Shown here: in pieces, positions 35,268 to 47,900 of the stretch
How positions within the stretch are numbered: position 1 is the stretch's first letter
Layout of the letters: each line of letters begins with the position of its first letter
DNA from: Monocercomonoides exilis PA203
Lineage: Eukaryota > Protista > Preaxostyla
Length of the DNA stretch: 64,000 nucleotides
Direction of reading: 5' to 3'
NCBI GenBank assembly: GCA_001643675.2
Contig: LSRY02000020.1
Coordinates: forward strand, 1,302,001-1,366,000
Notes under the pieces: model-generated
Seen by the model: the letters and a program-made list of their open reading frames with translations, nothing else
The model's database searches: none
Told to the model about the DNA's origin: nothing
Made by a program: the position numbers and the translations under genes

Positions 35268-37059
35268 ATGGCGGCAAAGGGAGATTGTTTGCTGTTCAAA
35301 TATTTTTAACCTAAAATTTCGCCATTTCTTTCTCAATTTCATTTTTGAATGCTTTTTCGAAAATAATATTTTGAAAAAGATAAAGAAGACCTTGTTCTTG
35401 GAACTGGAACTTCGGGAACTGTTATTCGAGTAATTCGTAAATCTGATAAAAGAGTATTTGCATGGAAGAAATCACATTTGGAACGTGGTCGAATGAAACG
35501 AGATCAAGAAGCTGAAGCAACACTCCTAAAGAAGCAATACAACTCCCCATTTCTTGTCCATATGCACGATATCATATTTACTGCTAATACTTTATACATT
35601 GTTTTAGATTATTGTGGTGGGGGTTCGCTTCGAGACAAACTGCTTAAACGAAAAGCTTCAAAGCCAAGACCTTTTTCTGAACCAGTATCTGTTTTAATTT
35701 TCTATTTTCATAAAAATTCGAATGAGTTCATTTTTACAGGAAGTGTACTTTTATCTTTGTCAATTGTTGCATGGAGTTGCTGCACTGCATCACGAGAATG
35801 TTTGCCATAGAGACTTAAAACCCGAAAATCTTTTATTTAATGAAGATGGAACACTCCGAATAAGTTTGCCTACTAATTTTTTATTTTGTGCATTTGGCTA
35901 TTGTTGTTGCTTAGCTGATTTTGGGACTGCAAAGCAACTTGAACACTCATCTTCCACTATGACCACATTTTGCGGAACAGGTCCCTATATTGCACCAGAA
36001 ATATTAAAAAAAGAACCGTGTGCTTTTTTTATAATTACTAATCAAATCTTATTTCTTGACATTAAATTTAATGATTTTTTAAAATGGCATATTTTCATTA
36101 TTTTGTGAACAAAAATCATGTTTAATAATAAATAAACAAAAAATGCAATGCTCAAAAAATTTTATTCATAATAGTTACACAAAAGCTGTAGATTTGTGGA
36201 GCGTTGGCGTCATAGCATATGAAATGCTCACGCTGCGCTGGCCTTATCAAAGAAGCGATGGATCAGTTGATGTGGCGGCAGTAATTTCCCATAAGCCCAT
36301 CGAATTTCCTGCATCAGCATCAAAAAGCATCACAGCCGTCATCAATGCGCTTTTGAATGAGGTTTTTCTTTCTTTCTTTCTTTCTAACTTTCTAACTTTC
36401 TAACTTTCTTTCTTTTCCCCATTTATTTATCTTTTTCCTTCTAATTTTATATTTTTCAAAAAAAAATATAATATAAAACAAATAATTTTTTTTTTTTCGA
36501 CTCTCCCACCACAGAATCCTTTAAACCGCCCGTCTGCCGGCGAGCTGCTCGAAATTCCCCTTTTCAAGCGCCTCATCACCTCCTTCCAGCGGCGCGTGCC
36601 GGCAATGCCGCTCAATCCAGATGTCCCTCCGACTTTCTCTGCTTCTCTCGCCTCTTCTTTCTCCCCTGCTCTGTTCCAGATATACGAGTCGTTCAGACAG
36701 GAAACCACTCAGAAGCCTTCCTCGTCTCGCTCGTCAACGTCGTTTCGCTCTCCTTCCCCTTCTTCTTCTTCTTCTTCTTCCTCTTTATCTTTATCTTCTT
36801 CTTCCTCTTCTATTTCATCATCATCATCATCATCATCATCTTCTTCTTCTTCTTCTTCATCTCCTTCTCCTTCTCCCTCTCCTTCTTCCTCTCCCAAGCT
36901 GATGTCTTCTGAACTTCCATCAGCCAGCCATTCACCCCAATCTTCGTTCGATTCTGAATATCTCTTCATCTCCCTCACCCCTCCTTTACCTTCTTCTCCT
37001 GCTTCTCCTTCCTCTTTGTCTTCACCTTCTTCTCCGTCTTTGGCGGAATCTTCTTCAAA

Positions 37060-37111
<52 letters not shown>

Positions 37112-39480
37112 CCTTCCTCTACCTCTTCCTCTTCCTCTCCTATGAAGGATGCGATTGAAACAACAACTGAATCATCTTCTTCTTCCACATCTTCATCATT
37201 ACCTTCTCCTTCTCCTTCTTCCTCTTCCTCTTCTTCTTCTCTTTCATCTTCATCAGTTTCATCATCACACAGCACACTCATCGAGAATGAGAGGCAGTTT
37301 GTCTTCCCTTTGCAATTCGTCCCATCTTCTGCACCTGGCACCTCACCTAATCATCATTCAGCTGCATCTTCTTCTCTTTCTCCTCCTTCTGTGCCTTCAT
37401 TCACATCCTCATTGACTTCATCATCATCATCATCATCATCTTCTTCTTCCTCCTCCTCCTCTTATTTGTTCAAAGAAAGCGAGGTTGGTTCTTCTTTCTC
37501 TGATACTCCAAATGCATCTTCTAACACATCTTCTTCTTCTTCCTCCTCCTCCTCTTCTCCTTCCTCCTCTTCTCCTTCCTCCTCTTCCTCCTCTTCTTCC
37601 TCTTCTTCCTCTTCTTCCTCTTCTTCCTCTTCTTCCTCTTCTTCCTCTTCTTCATCTCATTCGTCCCGTCAGATGTCTCAGAGCCGCTTCCACATCTTCC
37701 CTTCGCACAATCGAATTGGCCTGCGAATTCTTCGCCGCTCAAAACACACCTCGTTCTTGCTGCCTGTCAGACAATCAGTTCCATTGAATGACATCATCTT
37801 CAGTCGCTCTGGTGAAAATTCTGCTTCTTCTTCTGCTTCTTCTCTTTCTTCTTCTGCTTCTTCTCTTTCTTCTTCTTCTTTCACTTCACCCTTTTCTTCT
37901 TCTTCTTCTTCCTCCTCTTCTTCCTCTTCACCTTCTCGTTCCACTTCAATATGTACATCATATAACTCAGCTATTCCTTCCTCCTTCCATTCTGAATCTT
38001 CTTCTTCTTCTTCTTCTTCTTCTTCTTCTTCCAACAAACCTTCTTTTCCTTCTTCTTTTCTGCAGCATCATCGTTCACTCACTGTTGTTGATCGTCGTTC
38101 TTCTTCTTCTTTTTCTTCTTCATTTTCTTCCTCTCCATTTTATTCTTCTTCTTCTTCTTCCTCCTCCTCTTTTTCCTCTTCTTCTTCTCCAACTGCTTCT
38201 TTTCCTCGTCTCAAGCGTCCACCACCAATTCCTCCGCCTTCACTCAACATGGAATTAGGTTCTATTTCGGTTCCTTCAAAAAAGCCTCTTTCTTCTTCTG
38301 TTTGTGCTTCTTCTTCTCTTTCTTCTTCTCTACCTTCTTCTCTATCTTCTTCTTCTTCTTCTTCTGATAGTAACGCTTCAAAGGAAGAAGAAGAAAGAGG
38401 AGGAGGAGAAAGAAAAGAAGAAAGAAAAGAAGAAAGAAATAACTTGAATCCCGTTGAAACACATTCATTTTTTTCTGTTTCGAATTCAAAGCTTTCAAAT
38501 GTCTGCTCTCCTGAAGAGGAGAATACCACCACAAACACTGCAGACACTTCAAATATGGACATCAACATGTCTTCTTCTGTTTCTTCTTCAATTAATACTT
38601 CAACATCGGCACCATCACCATTATCACCATCTTCTTCCTCTTCCTCCTCCTCCTCCTTTTCCTCTTCCTCTTCCTCTTCTTCTTTTCCCATCACTTCACC
38701 TTCTTCTTCTTCTTCAACCTCTTCTTCTTCTTCTCTTCCTCTCCCTCTCCCTCTGCCTGCCAGGTTACCACCTCGTCCACCGCCTCGCCTTCCCACAGCA
38801 GCAGATACAACGTCCACATCACATTCAAATACAGAAGTCACTTCATCATCTTCTTCTCCATCTTCTTCTTCTTCTTCTTCTACTTCTCCTTCTCCTTCCT
38901 CTTCCTCTTCTAATGATTTGAATAATTCCAATGATTTGACACAAACAACAGATTCAACAAGAGATCAGTCTCCATTTTTGGATAAGATTTCGCCAATGGC
39001 ATCAGAAACATCTCCTTTTGAGGCAACTTCACAACCTTTTGCATCATCTCCTTCATCATCATCTACTACTACTGCTGCTACTTCGTCTTCGTCTTCGTCT
39101 TCGTCTTCTTGTAATTTAAATTCTGTTTCTAATTCTCATTCTTCTTTATCCCCTTCATCTTCATCTTCATCGTCTTCTTCTTCTTCTCCCCTCTCTTCCT
39201 CTCCATTCTCTTCTTATAATTCCTCTTCTCCCTTTTTTCCTGCTCGTTCAGATATTCCACAAAGGCAGCGTGCTCAAACTTTTGCTGCTATTCCTTCACG
39301 TCCTCCTCCTCTTCCACCATCGATTCTTCATCAGGCTGGTAAATGTTAATGGATAAAAAATTTGACATTTCCTATTTTTTTTTGAATCTTTTTTAAAAGA
39401 AAAGAAAGAAAGAAAGAAATATTTCGTTTCTTTTTTTTTTTTTTTTTTTTTTTTTTTTAGGTTTTGTTCTTGAACTTTAA
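35268..39480 (+). CDS. NEK-like Ser/Thr protein kinase with long Ser/Pro-rich C-terminal tail
   Basis: Exons 35268-35286, 35380-35684, 35740-35863, 35915-36017, 36175-36361, 36515-39338, 39461-39480 (or unspliced stop at 39349). Motifs LGTGTSGTV, FAMKK, HRDLKPEN, DFG, GTGPYIAPE, DLWSVGVIAYEMLTL and RPSAGELL are all present. YCGGGSL...FSEPEV is typical of NEK kinases. Confidence 0.88.
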
Positions 39481-40376
39481 GCTTTTTTGTTTTATTAAGT
39501 TTTTAATGATTTTTATTGCCTTTGTATAAATCTTTCTTTTGTTATTTCTATACTTCTAACTATCTCTTTATTCTTCTTCTTTCTCTCTTCCCTCTTTTTC
39601 TTTTTCTTTCTTTCTCTCTTTGTATAATGCTTTTATGGTATTAATTTATGAGTTCTCAGATTTCCCGGATATTTACTATGATTTTCTAATTGTCCTTCTT
39701 TTTATTCTTCTTCTTTCTTGTTTCTGTTTATATGTTAATCGATTTTTTTATTTTAAGTTCAGTTAAATTTTCTATTTTATTCAAAACAAATAAAATCTTT
39801 TTCCTTTTCAACACATCAAAGAAATGTGTTTATAGTTTAATCGTGTTTATGTGATATGGATGATGAATTGTTTAATGAAATGTTACCTTTTTTTGTTATT
39901 TCTTTGTGTGTTTGTGTGTGTGTGCAATGTTGTCTCCACTTTCTAAGAAAGTTTCTTGTTCTTGGAGTATTTATGTGCTATTTATATAAATGAAAAATAT
40001 TTTTTTTAAAGATTTTCTTTTTGTTTATTCAATTTTTAGTGTGTTAGCATGCTTTTATTCTCAAATGTTGTCTTTTGAAATGTTATTGAAAAGTTTGAAG
40101 AATAACTAGTTTGAAATATGTTGCAAAAATTTTTGTTTGCTTGTATCACTAAAATTTTTTCTTTCTGCCAATTTCTTTTTTTAATAGTTCCAATGGTTTT
40201 CATATTTAAGCAGTTCATTTTGCTTTTCTCGAATGAAAAACAAAAAGATGAACAGCTTGTTTCGCATTGGTTCATACGTCAGTCAATCAATCATAATTAA
40301 TTACAGAATACAAAAGTTGTTTTCAAGTGAAAATTACTTTAATCATTTTTTCTTTTCTTTTCTTTAACTTTTCTCT

Positions 40377-40426
<50 letters not shown>

Positions 40427-41667
40427 CTCGAAAATCTGAGAAGGAACTTGAAAATTTTCTTATAAACTCGATTTTGTGAGCGAGTGAGTGAATGTGTGTG
40501 TGTTTGTGTGTGTTTGTATTCGTATTTGTGTGTGTCCGCACTATTATTACACCTTAAAAATATATTTTATTTCAATAAAAAAATTTTTTTTATTAAACTT
40601 CCATTTTATCATTCATTCTTGTTTGTATTTGAGCAAGAAAAAAAAAGAAGAAGAAAATCATTTATTAATTGTTATTGATGTTAAAAGGAGAATGACTAAT
40701 AGCAACATTGTATTTTTAACAGTTTGTGCGCACTTCAAAAAAACGGGATCGATTAAGCTTGTAAAACAATTTTGAACTCAATAAAGATATTTTATTTGTA
40801 TGAACGAAGAATAATTTTTTTTCCCTTCTTCTTTCTTCTTCAACAATCATCTTTTCTCTCTTCATTCAAAGAGCTTACAATATGTTTTTCCTTAAGATGC
40901 TAAATCATTTTGAGTTGTAATTGAGTAAAAGGTGTTGTTCATCAGGATAATATTCGTCATGAAGTGATTTTGAAAAAAATTGGAAATTTTGAAGTAAAAT
41001 CCAAAATTGAATTTCTAAAAACATAGAAAACAGTTTCTTTAACAAAACGGAGAACAACAAAACAGAAGAAGGTTCGAATCAAAGGAAATAAAAATAAAAA
41101 ATAAAATAAAAATGTGAGACAAAAAACATTAAATATCGATATGAATAATCCCACCTTGCAGTGCTTTCAAAGGCAGATAGCAATAATAAAAGAGTGAACC
41201 TTTTTATTCGTTTTAAAAACGTGATAAATAGATCTTTCACTGTTCAAAGGAAAATTAATTAAAAATAAAAAAATTCATTTGAAAAGAGATGTTCCTTAAA
41301 AGATTTAAATAAAAAATATCTGAAAATTAATTTCAGTTTAAAAAGGAAAACAAAAAAATGTTCAGTTATTCGGATCACACAAACGAGAATGAAGCCAAAA
41401 ACATGAATTTCGCTATACAAAATGATCATTACAATAATAATTGTACAGGTTCTGCCTGTTCAATCAGGCTCTTTTCTCGAAGCATTCACATTTATTCAAA
41501 ATCAATTTATTTTTTATCTTCTTCATCTCTTCCATAAAGCCAAAGAAAATAAAAAATTTTCTTTGTTCCTCCAAGTTCCTTTTCCCTTTTCTTCTCATCA
41601 GTTTCTTAATCTCTCCCTCTTTCCCTTCCCGCCTCTCTCTTTCTCTCTTTCTCTCTCTTTTATTTTT

Positions 41668-42028
41668 TTATGCAAAAGGCAGGCAGTTTGTTTCGAGCCA
41701 ATCTTCTTCAGTTGTCTTTGAAATCGGAGGAAGCGGAGGCAAATCAGGGCGTGCTGGTATCTTTGCCATCTTCGCGCCAATCGTGTGGACAATTGTGGTG
41801 TGTGAGAACGTGTAGAGAATGTCATTCATAATCTGAATGTGTTTGGAATGTTAATGAAGCAAAAATAAAATGATATCACAAAAGATAAATAGAGATTGAG
41901 ATAGAGATAGAGAAAGAGAAAGAGAAAGAGAAAGAGAAAGAGAAAGAGAAAGAGAAAGAGAAAGAAAGAAAGAAAGAAAGAAAGAGAAAGAGAAAGAGAA
42001 AGAGAAAGAGAAAGAGAAAGAGAGAGAG

Positions 42029-42067
<39 letters not shown>

Positions 42068-44612
42068 AGATTTATATAAAAACATATACAAAAATGAGTT
42101 GATCAAAAAGAAAAGAAGAATAAAACAGCAAAGTTAAAAGAAAAAGACAAATATAATTTCAATTAATATCATAACATATATAATTAAAAACACAAACGCA
42201 ATCCGCATTGAAGATTTCAATCATCGATGTTGGCACCATCTCTCTAATTTGTCCCTTTGCAGCGTCGAGCACAGCCATAGCAGCGCGGAAGAAGGGCAGA
42301 TCGAGGATGGCGTGCATCAGATTCAAGGTGATACGCTGGGTCATCACACGGGCATCGAATTTGAACCGCTGTGAGTGTTAATAAATAAAATAAATTAAAT
42401 GATAAATAAATTAATAATAAATAAATAAGTAAAAGGAGTTGATGAGAGATGAAATATCATAAAATAATAATAATAATAATAATAAATGAAAATAGCATAA
42501 TTGAACATTACAATAAAACATTTGCAAATAACATTCGAAATAAAAAAAAGAAAATAAAAAAAAAAAAAATATTTTTAGTAAATAGCTATAACAAAAATCA
42601 CAATCAACTCCTCCTCTCTCTTCTCCTCCATACATCAAATACAGAGTCCAAGATCTTTCCGACAATCTTCGGCAGTCTGTCAGGTTCTCCTCGTGTTGGG
42701 TCAGATGACAGCGACAGCGAAAGCTCTACTTCCAGTGTGGTGAACCCTCTCACCACAAATATCGTCATCAGGTGAGAAAGCGTGTGTGTTATTTCCTTCG
42801 CATTCAGATGCGACGTCATTGATTTCCTCATTGACTCGATTCGCAGCCCGACTTCGGTGCAAGCCTGGAGCAGCGGAGACAGAGAGGCAGAGTCAACAGC
42901 AGTCTGGATGAGAGGCTCGATCAGCTCTGCGGCTTCTCGAAGGCGGCCTTATAAATAATTATTGTTTTAAATAAATAAATAAATAAATAAATCAACACAC
43001 GGTCTCTTGTCTTTCTCTCCAGCTCGTTCATCAGATCTTCGCAATGAGACTTCAGCAGCCGATCAGCTTCGACAAAGCATTGCTTGATGGGCTGCTCGAT
43101 CAAATTGAACGTCGTTTCAATGTTTGGTGCGAGATGCGAGGCAATAAAGCGCTTGATAAGATCGATGTTGGCCTTTCCGACTTCTTCTTTGACTGTCTTG
43201 TGCAGCGCTGATATTTCAGATATCCTCGAAATGATGCGCGCCTCGGTATCACGCTTCTTCTCTTTGATCTGCAAGAGGAGGTCGTTGGTTGCTGTACGAA
43301 TTTGTTCACGCACTTTCATTTGACAAAGGATTTGAAAGAAAGATAGAATGATTGAAAAAGAAAAGAAAAGAAAAGAAAAGCAAGCATCCGTTTTCAAAAA
43401 GAACATTACGTAAAATTAAAAATATAATAATAACACATTCGTTTATTTATGTTCACATTTTGAAAAGGAAGGATAAATAAATTAATATATATAAATATAT
43501 TCTTTTATTGTTTTGAAAACATACAGTATGAATGGAACTCGACTCTGATTGCTTGATACTGCGCAGCTTGCTCCAAAAACGATCCAGTCAGCCGTTTGTA
43601 CTTATCATAGAACAAGTCTGGCTCGATCTGCTCTGTCGCAAACTGGAATATTGTCAGGCGAAAATCATCTTGCCAAATTGGTATTTTGTTCCTGCAGTCT
43701 GCAGCTTCCAGAGAGTGGGCCATTGCGCGATAGAAGCATGTGCTATAAGCAAAATCAGATTTATATGCTTTTCACACAAATACCAAAAAAAATAAAAAAT
43801 GAAGTCGCAAAATTTTGATAAATAATTATAAGAATCCAATATTTTCAAAAATAAGATATTTGAATATTGAAAATGCAAGCACACAAGTGACTTGAATAAG
43901 TGCATTTCTTAGGCATTTAACCCACTCGTTCTTTTCAGCAGAAGAAAGAGGGGCAAAATGCCACAAACGATCTTTATGATGATACAATTCTATTGTGTTT
44001 GGAGGATATCTTGTTGGCTGGGGTATTGATGTTCTATCTGTCCAGCCAATCTTAAAAGAAAAATTTTTATTGTTCATCGTAAAAATGAAATAACCTAAAA
44101 AATTAAATTGTATATTCAAACCATATCTGCAATTTTTCTATTTCTTTGCGTTTGTGCAGCAATTGGATCTTAATTTTAATAAGCAAAAATATTTATCATA
44201 ATAATTTATTTGTTTCAAAAAAAGTCTGAAAACCTTCGACAATTTCATATCCTTCTAGAGAAAAACTGCCTTTTGATTCCCCTCTGTCTTTAGCTGCTAA
44301 GTCAGTGTAATAATACATCTCTCTGTCGGTGGTTAAAACCATCCATCTGCGTTTCCAGGTCTTAATAGCCCCTCCTTCTTTATCAACCCATCCACAAAAT
44401 GGTCGAATAGGGACTGACAATTTCCCCGCAACCATCAAAGGTGCCTCTTCTCGTTTCCTCCTCAAAATAAGAATATTTCTCCACAGAACATAATATTGAA
44501 CAGTTTCGTTCATTCTTCTTCCAATGGGCTGAAGCACTCTTGTCAATTCTTTGTTAATCGTAGAGCATTCTTCAGGCGTTAATGTATACTGCTTTGCTCC
44601 TCCTGGTCCCAT
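41668..44612 (-). CDS. Niban/FAM129-like PH-domain protein, 8 exons
   Basis: Exons 44612-44234, 44168-44122, 44050-43885, 43767-43525, 43312-43001, 42947-42634, 42368-42198, 41832-41668 join in frame via GT-AG. PH motifs GWVDKEGGAIKTWKRRWMVL and EKNEWVKCL, then a helical region with RFKFDARVMTQR...IFNADCIMNDIL resembling the Niban C-terminal YDYDSSxxRK...VxxVYEEIL block. Confidence 0.75.
41890..42068. repeat. (GAGAAA)n/(GAAA)n microsatellite inside the last intron of the Niban-like gene
   Basis: Directly visible tandem purine repeats. Confidence 0.9.
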
Positions 44613-44975
44613 GCACTAATTTTTACTTATTCAAAAATACGAATTAAGGGTATTATCGAGATTACAATTTATTTAAAATGCAGGGAGAAATAAAAATTGT
44701 TGGTGAATATTCATGACTAAATAATAATATGTTGTTTTTAAAAAATAAATCACAGAAAAGTCGAAATTGTGATAAAAAAATTTCTTGATATTAATCTTTA
44801 AAAAGTATGTATAATTATTTATTAGTTTTTTTTTTTTTTTTTTTTTTTTTTTTGTATGTGTGTGTATATGTGCGTGTGTTGTTGAGCTGTCCGCCATATA
44901 ATTTATTCAAATTTAGCAAAAAAATTTTTTCTTATCCTTTTATCGAAAAGTATAATTAAATATTTATTTTTGGAA

Positions 44976-47900
44976 ATGGATGTTCGTTTTGTTTTGTGTT
45001 TCATAGAGAGTTATTTGCTTTTTTCATATGATTATTGTAACAGCATCGTAACGAAACGAAAATTTATGCAATACAATTACACCATAAATCCATCATACAA
45101 TGCACGGAAGCAAAACTCTGTTATTTACAAGCCTCTTGAGAATTTTACTCATGATGTCGCATATGATTCAATTTTTGTGGGGGAAAATTTTTTGCGCATG
45201 CACTACGGTTGCGCAATTTCTTCGACATTCAATTTATATAATGCCTCATCATCGTGTGTTTTTGTCGAGCTTCGTCAGCTCGAATACAGTCCTCTATTTA
45301 TCTGCTCGTCTTCATCATCGTTGTCTATCGCATGTTGCTTGCTTTATATGCCTGGCACATCGACAATTAGCCCTATAACAGCTGACGATGGAGTAATTAT
45401 TCTTCAAAACACAAGTCTGACAATCAGCACTTCAACTGCAGTTCCTCAAATTGCAAGAGGAAATTCAATTTATTCTTATGGATTCTGGTCGTTGGAAATT
45501 GCGGGATGCCATTTTTCAGACATGGTTGTGATGCCATGTTTCGTTCAAAGCGAGACTTGTTCCTGCATTTCTGTAACAGATTCGAAATTCCAAAATTTGT
45601 CAAATCCCATTTGTTATGATATGCTTCATTGTTCTTTAAAATCGCGTGCTTTTTGTCATACAGCGACTATATGCAGCTGTTCGTTCTCCAGAGTTTGCGA
45701 TGTGTATTATGGAGGGCTTCTTCAATCAATAAATCAGCCGTTTGCTGCATTTTCTTCATTCAACAGTACTTTCATATCTTGTCATCACTTGTCCAATGAG
45801 CAATATTCTGGAAAGCAAGAGAATCCATTATCACTGGAAAGGAAAGTTTTGGGTAAAGGAGAGCATTCATTTGTTTGGTGTGAATGGAAAAATACACCCC
45901 AGCAAGGATTTGGGGGTGCCATTGCCATTTCTACCCCTGGGGCATCAATCAACATTCGTTATTGTTTATTTGACAGTGTTAGCACAATTAAAAATGGAGA
46001 GTTCAATCATGGAGGTGCTTTATTTCTTTCAAATTTGGAAAATGTTAATGTTGATTCATCAAATTTCAGAAAGTGTTGCGCATATCATGGAGGAGCTATT
46101 TGTAGCGTTGATCATATGAAAAATGAACAATACAAAGATGTTGTTTTTGAAAATTGCTCCATTTCAGGTTCTCTTGGAATGACATGCTACTTACGTCCAA
46201 AATTTCTTCAATCGTCCGGAACATTCGTTTTTTCAAACAGTAAATTTGCGAATAATTACGCAGAAAACACTTCTGGCTGTCTATTTTTTAGTGAATATTT
46301 ATCGAATGCAAATCTTTTAACACTTTTGATCACAGAAAATACGTTTATATTCAATACGTTGAATGGAACATTTACAAATTCAACAGTTTTCGGAGGAGCT
46401 GGAATGTGCTTTGATGCACTTTCGGAGCAAGCTGTTCAGACCCAATTTATACGATACTGCTTTTTCCATCGAAACATAGCAAAAAATGGGATGGGAAATG
46501 ATGTGAGAATAAATGGAGGTGGAGTGACTTCAAATCCATTTTTCGAATCATATTCAACAACAACAGAAAAGCGAGTGTTTTACGGTGGCACAGCTGATAG
46601 CGAAGTATACAATGGATGGCTTCCTGTAAAGGTAATGCTTCTGACTCGATATGTACATGAGAATGGAAACGATTCGGATGAGCTTTGTGGATTGAACGAC
46701 TCGATTCCATGCAAAACGATTGAACACGCATTTGGAAAGATGAGGTACGATGTTGAATGCAAAATATTTTTGCTTGAATCAGTCTTTACTCCTTCTTCTG
46801 TGCTATCCATCAACAGCAATAAAGTCAAAGTGATTGGTAATGGAACAGACAAATCAGTCGTAAGAACAAGCATGCTGTCAAACTCTGCAGCCCTGTTTTC
46901 AATTAATGCCGGAGATTTGAGTGTATTTTCTTTGGAGATTGATCACAACGCTGTAGCAGAAACAGTTGGAATATTATCTATTTCTGGTTCATCTGGAACA
47001 GCTAACCTGAAGCATCTTCTTATCACTTCGTCTAGGGCTCAGCCCACTTCTTTTAGCAAGCCATTATTTGACATTGCTTTGGGAAGCATTTCAATTGATT
47101 CCTGTATTGTGTCTTCTTTGAGAACAAGCACTCAGCTCATAAGGGCTCCAATTTCCTCATTTTCTGAAATTTCTAACACGAACTTCACAGAGGTCATTCG
47201 AAGCTCTGGAAATGGAGGAGTCATTGAATGCAACCCGATAAATGAGGAATCATTATCATTGAACAATATCTCGTTTGATGGGTGCAAATGTGAAAGTGGA
47301 AATGGAGGATGCCTTTCCATTATGATGCAACCTGGCTCAAAAGTGAGATTTGGAGAAATTGATTCGCTAACTTTTGCTGATTGAGGTGCACAGGGAGTTG
47401 GAAGCAACGGATTTGGAGGGGCAATATTTCTGAAATTGGAAAATTCAGCCAATGATTTTGTTTTCGACAAAATGACATTCACCAACTGCCGTGCTTCGCA
47501 ATTCGGTAACAACATTTTTATTGAAGCGGCGAACTTCAGCCAAGTGATTAATGCAGAGCGGTTGAAGTTCAGTCCTCAACTGAATTCACTTACCGATCTG
47601 TGTGGATATGAAAATAGCGATCGTTCGTTTGCGATTCCTCTTGTGCTTTATCTCCGAAGCAAACCGAGCGAGTTTTATGTTGGAAATACGAACAAACGAG
47701 ATTGGCACATGTGTGGATTTGCTGACGAGCAATGCTCAACTGTTGATTATATTCTCTTGCAACACAAAACATCAAGCGATGTGTCAATTGCTGTTGATGG
47801 CAGCTCCACTCTTTCACGAGAGATATCTCTATATGAATGCACTACAAGTGTTCGAGGGATTAGAGCTCAGACACAGCTCATCATTAACGATAATTTAACC

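Noticed and set aside
35364-35366. In-frame TAA just upstream of kinase subdomain I, suggesting a TAA=Gln code as in some oxymonads
   Set aside because: It lies within a GT-AG intron (35287-35379) that gives MAAKGDYKEDLVLG; TAA terminates several genes here and long ORFs contain no internal TAA/TAG.
40378-40423. Long poly-T/poly-A runs (also ~14031-14066, ~32078-32125, ~39430-39458) as retroposon tails
   Set aside because: No target-site duplications or element bodies seen; such runs are common in this genome's introns and intergenic DNA.
39481-41667. Short ORFs between the kinase and Niban-like genes
   Set aside because: AT-rich low-complexity translations with no coherent exon chain; likely convergent 3' UTR/intergenic DNA.
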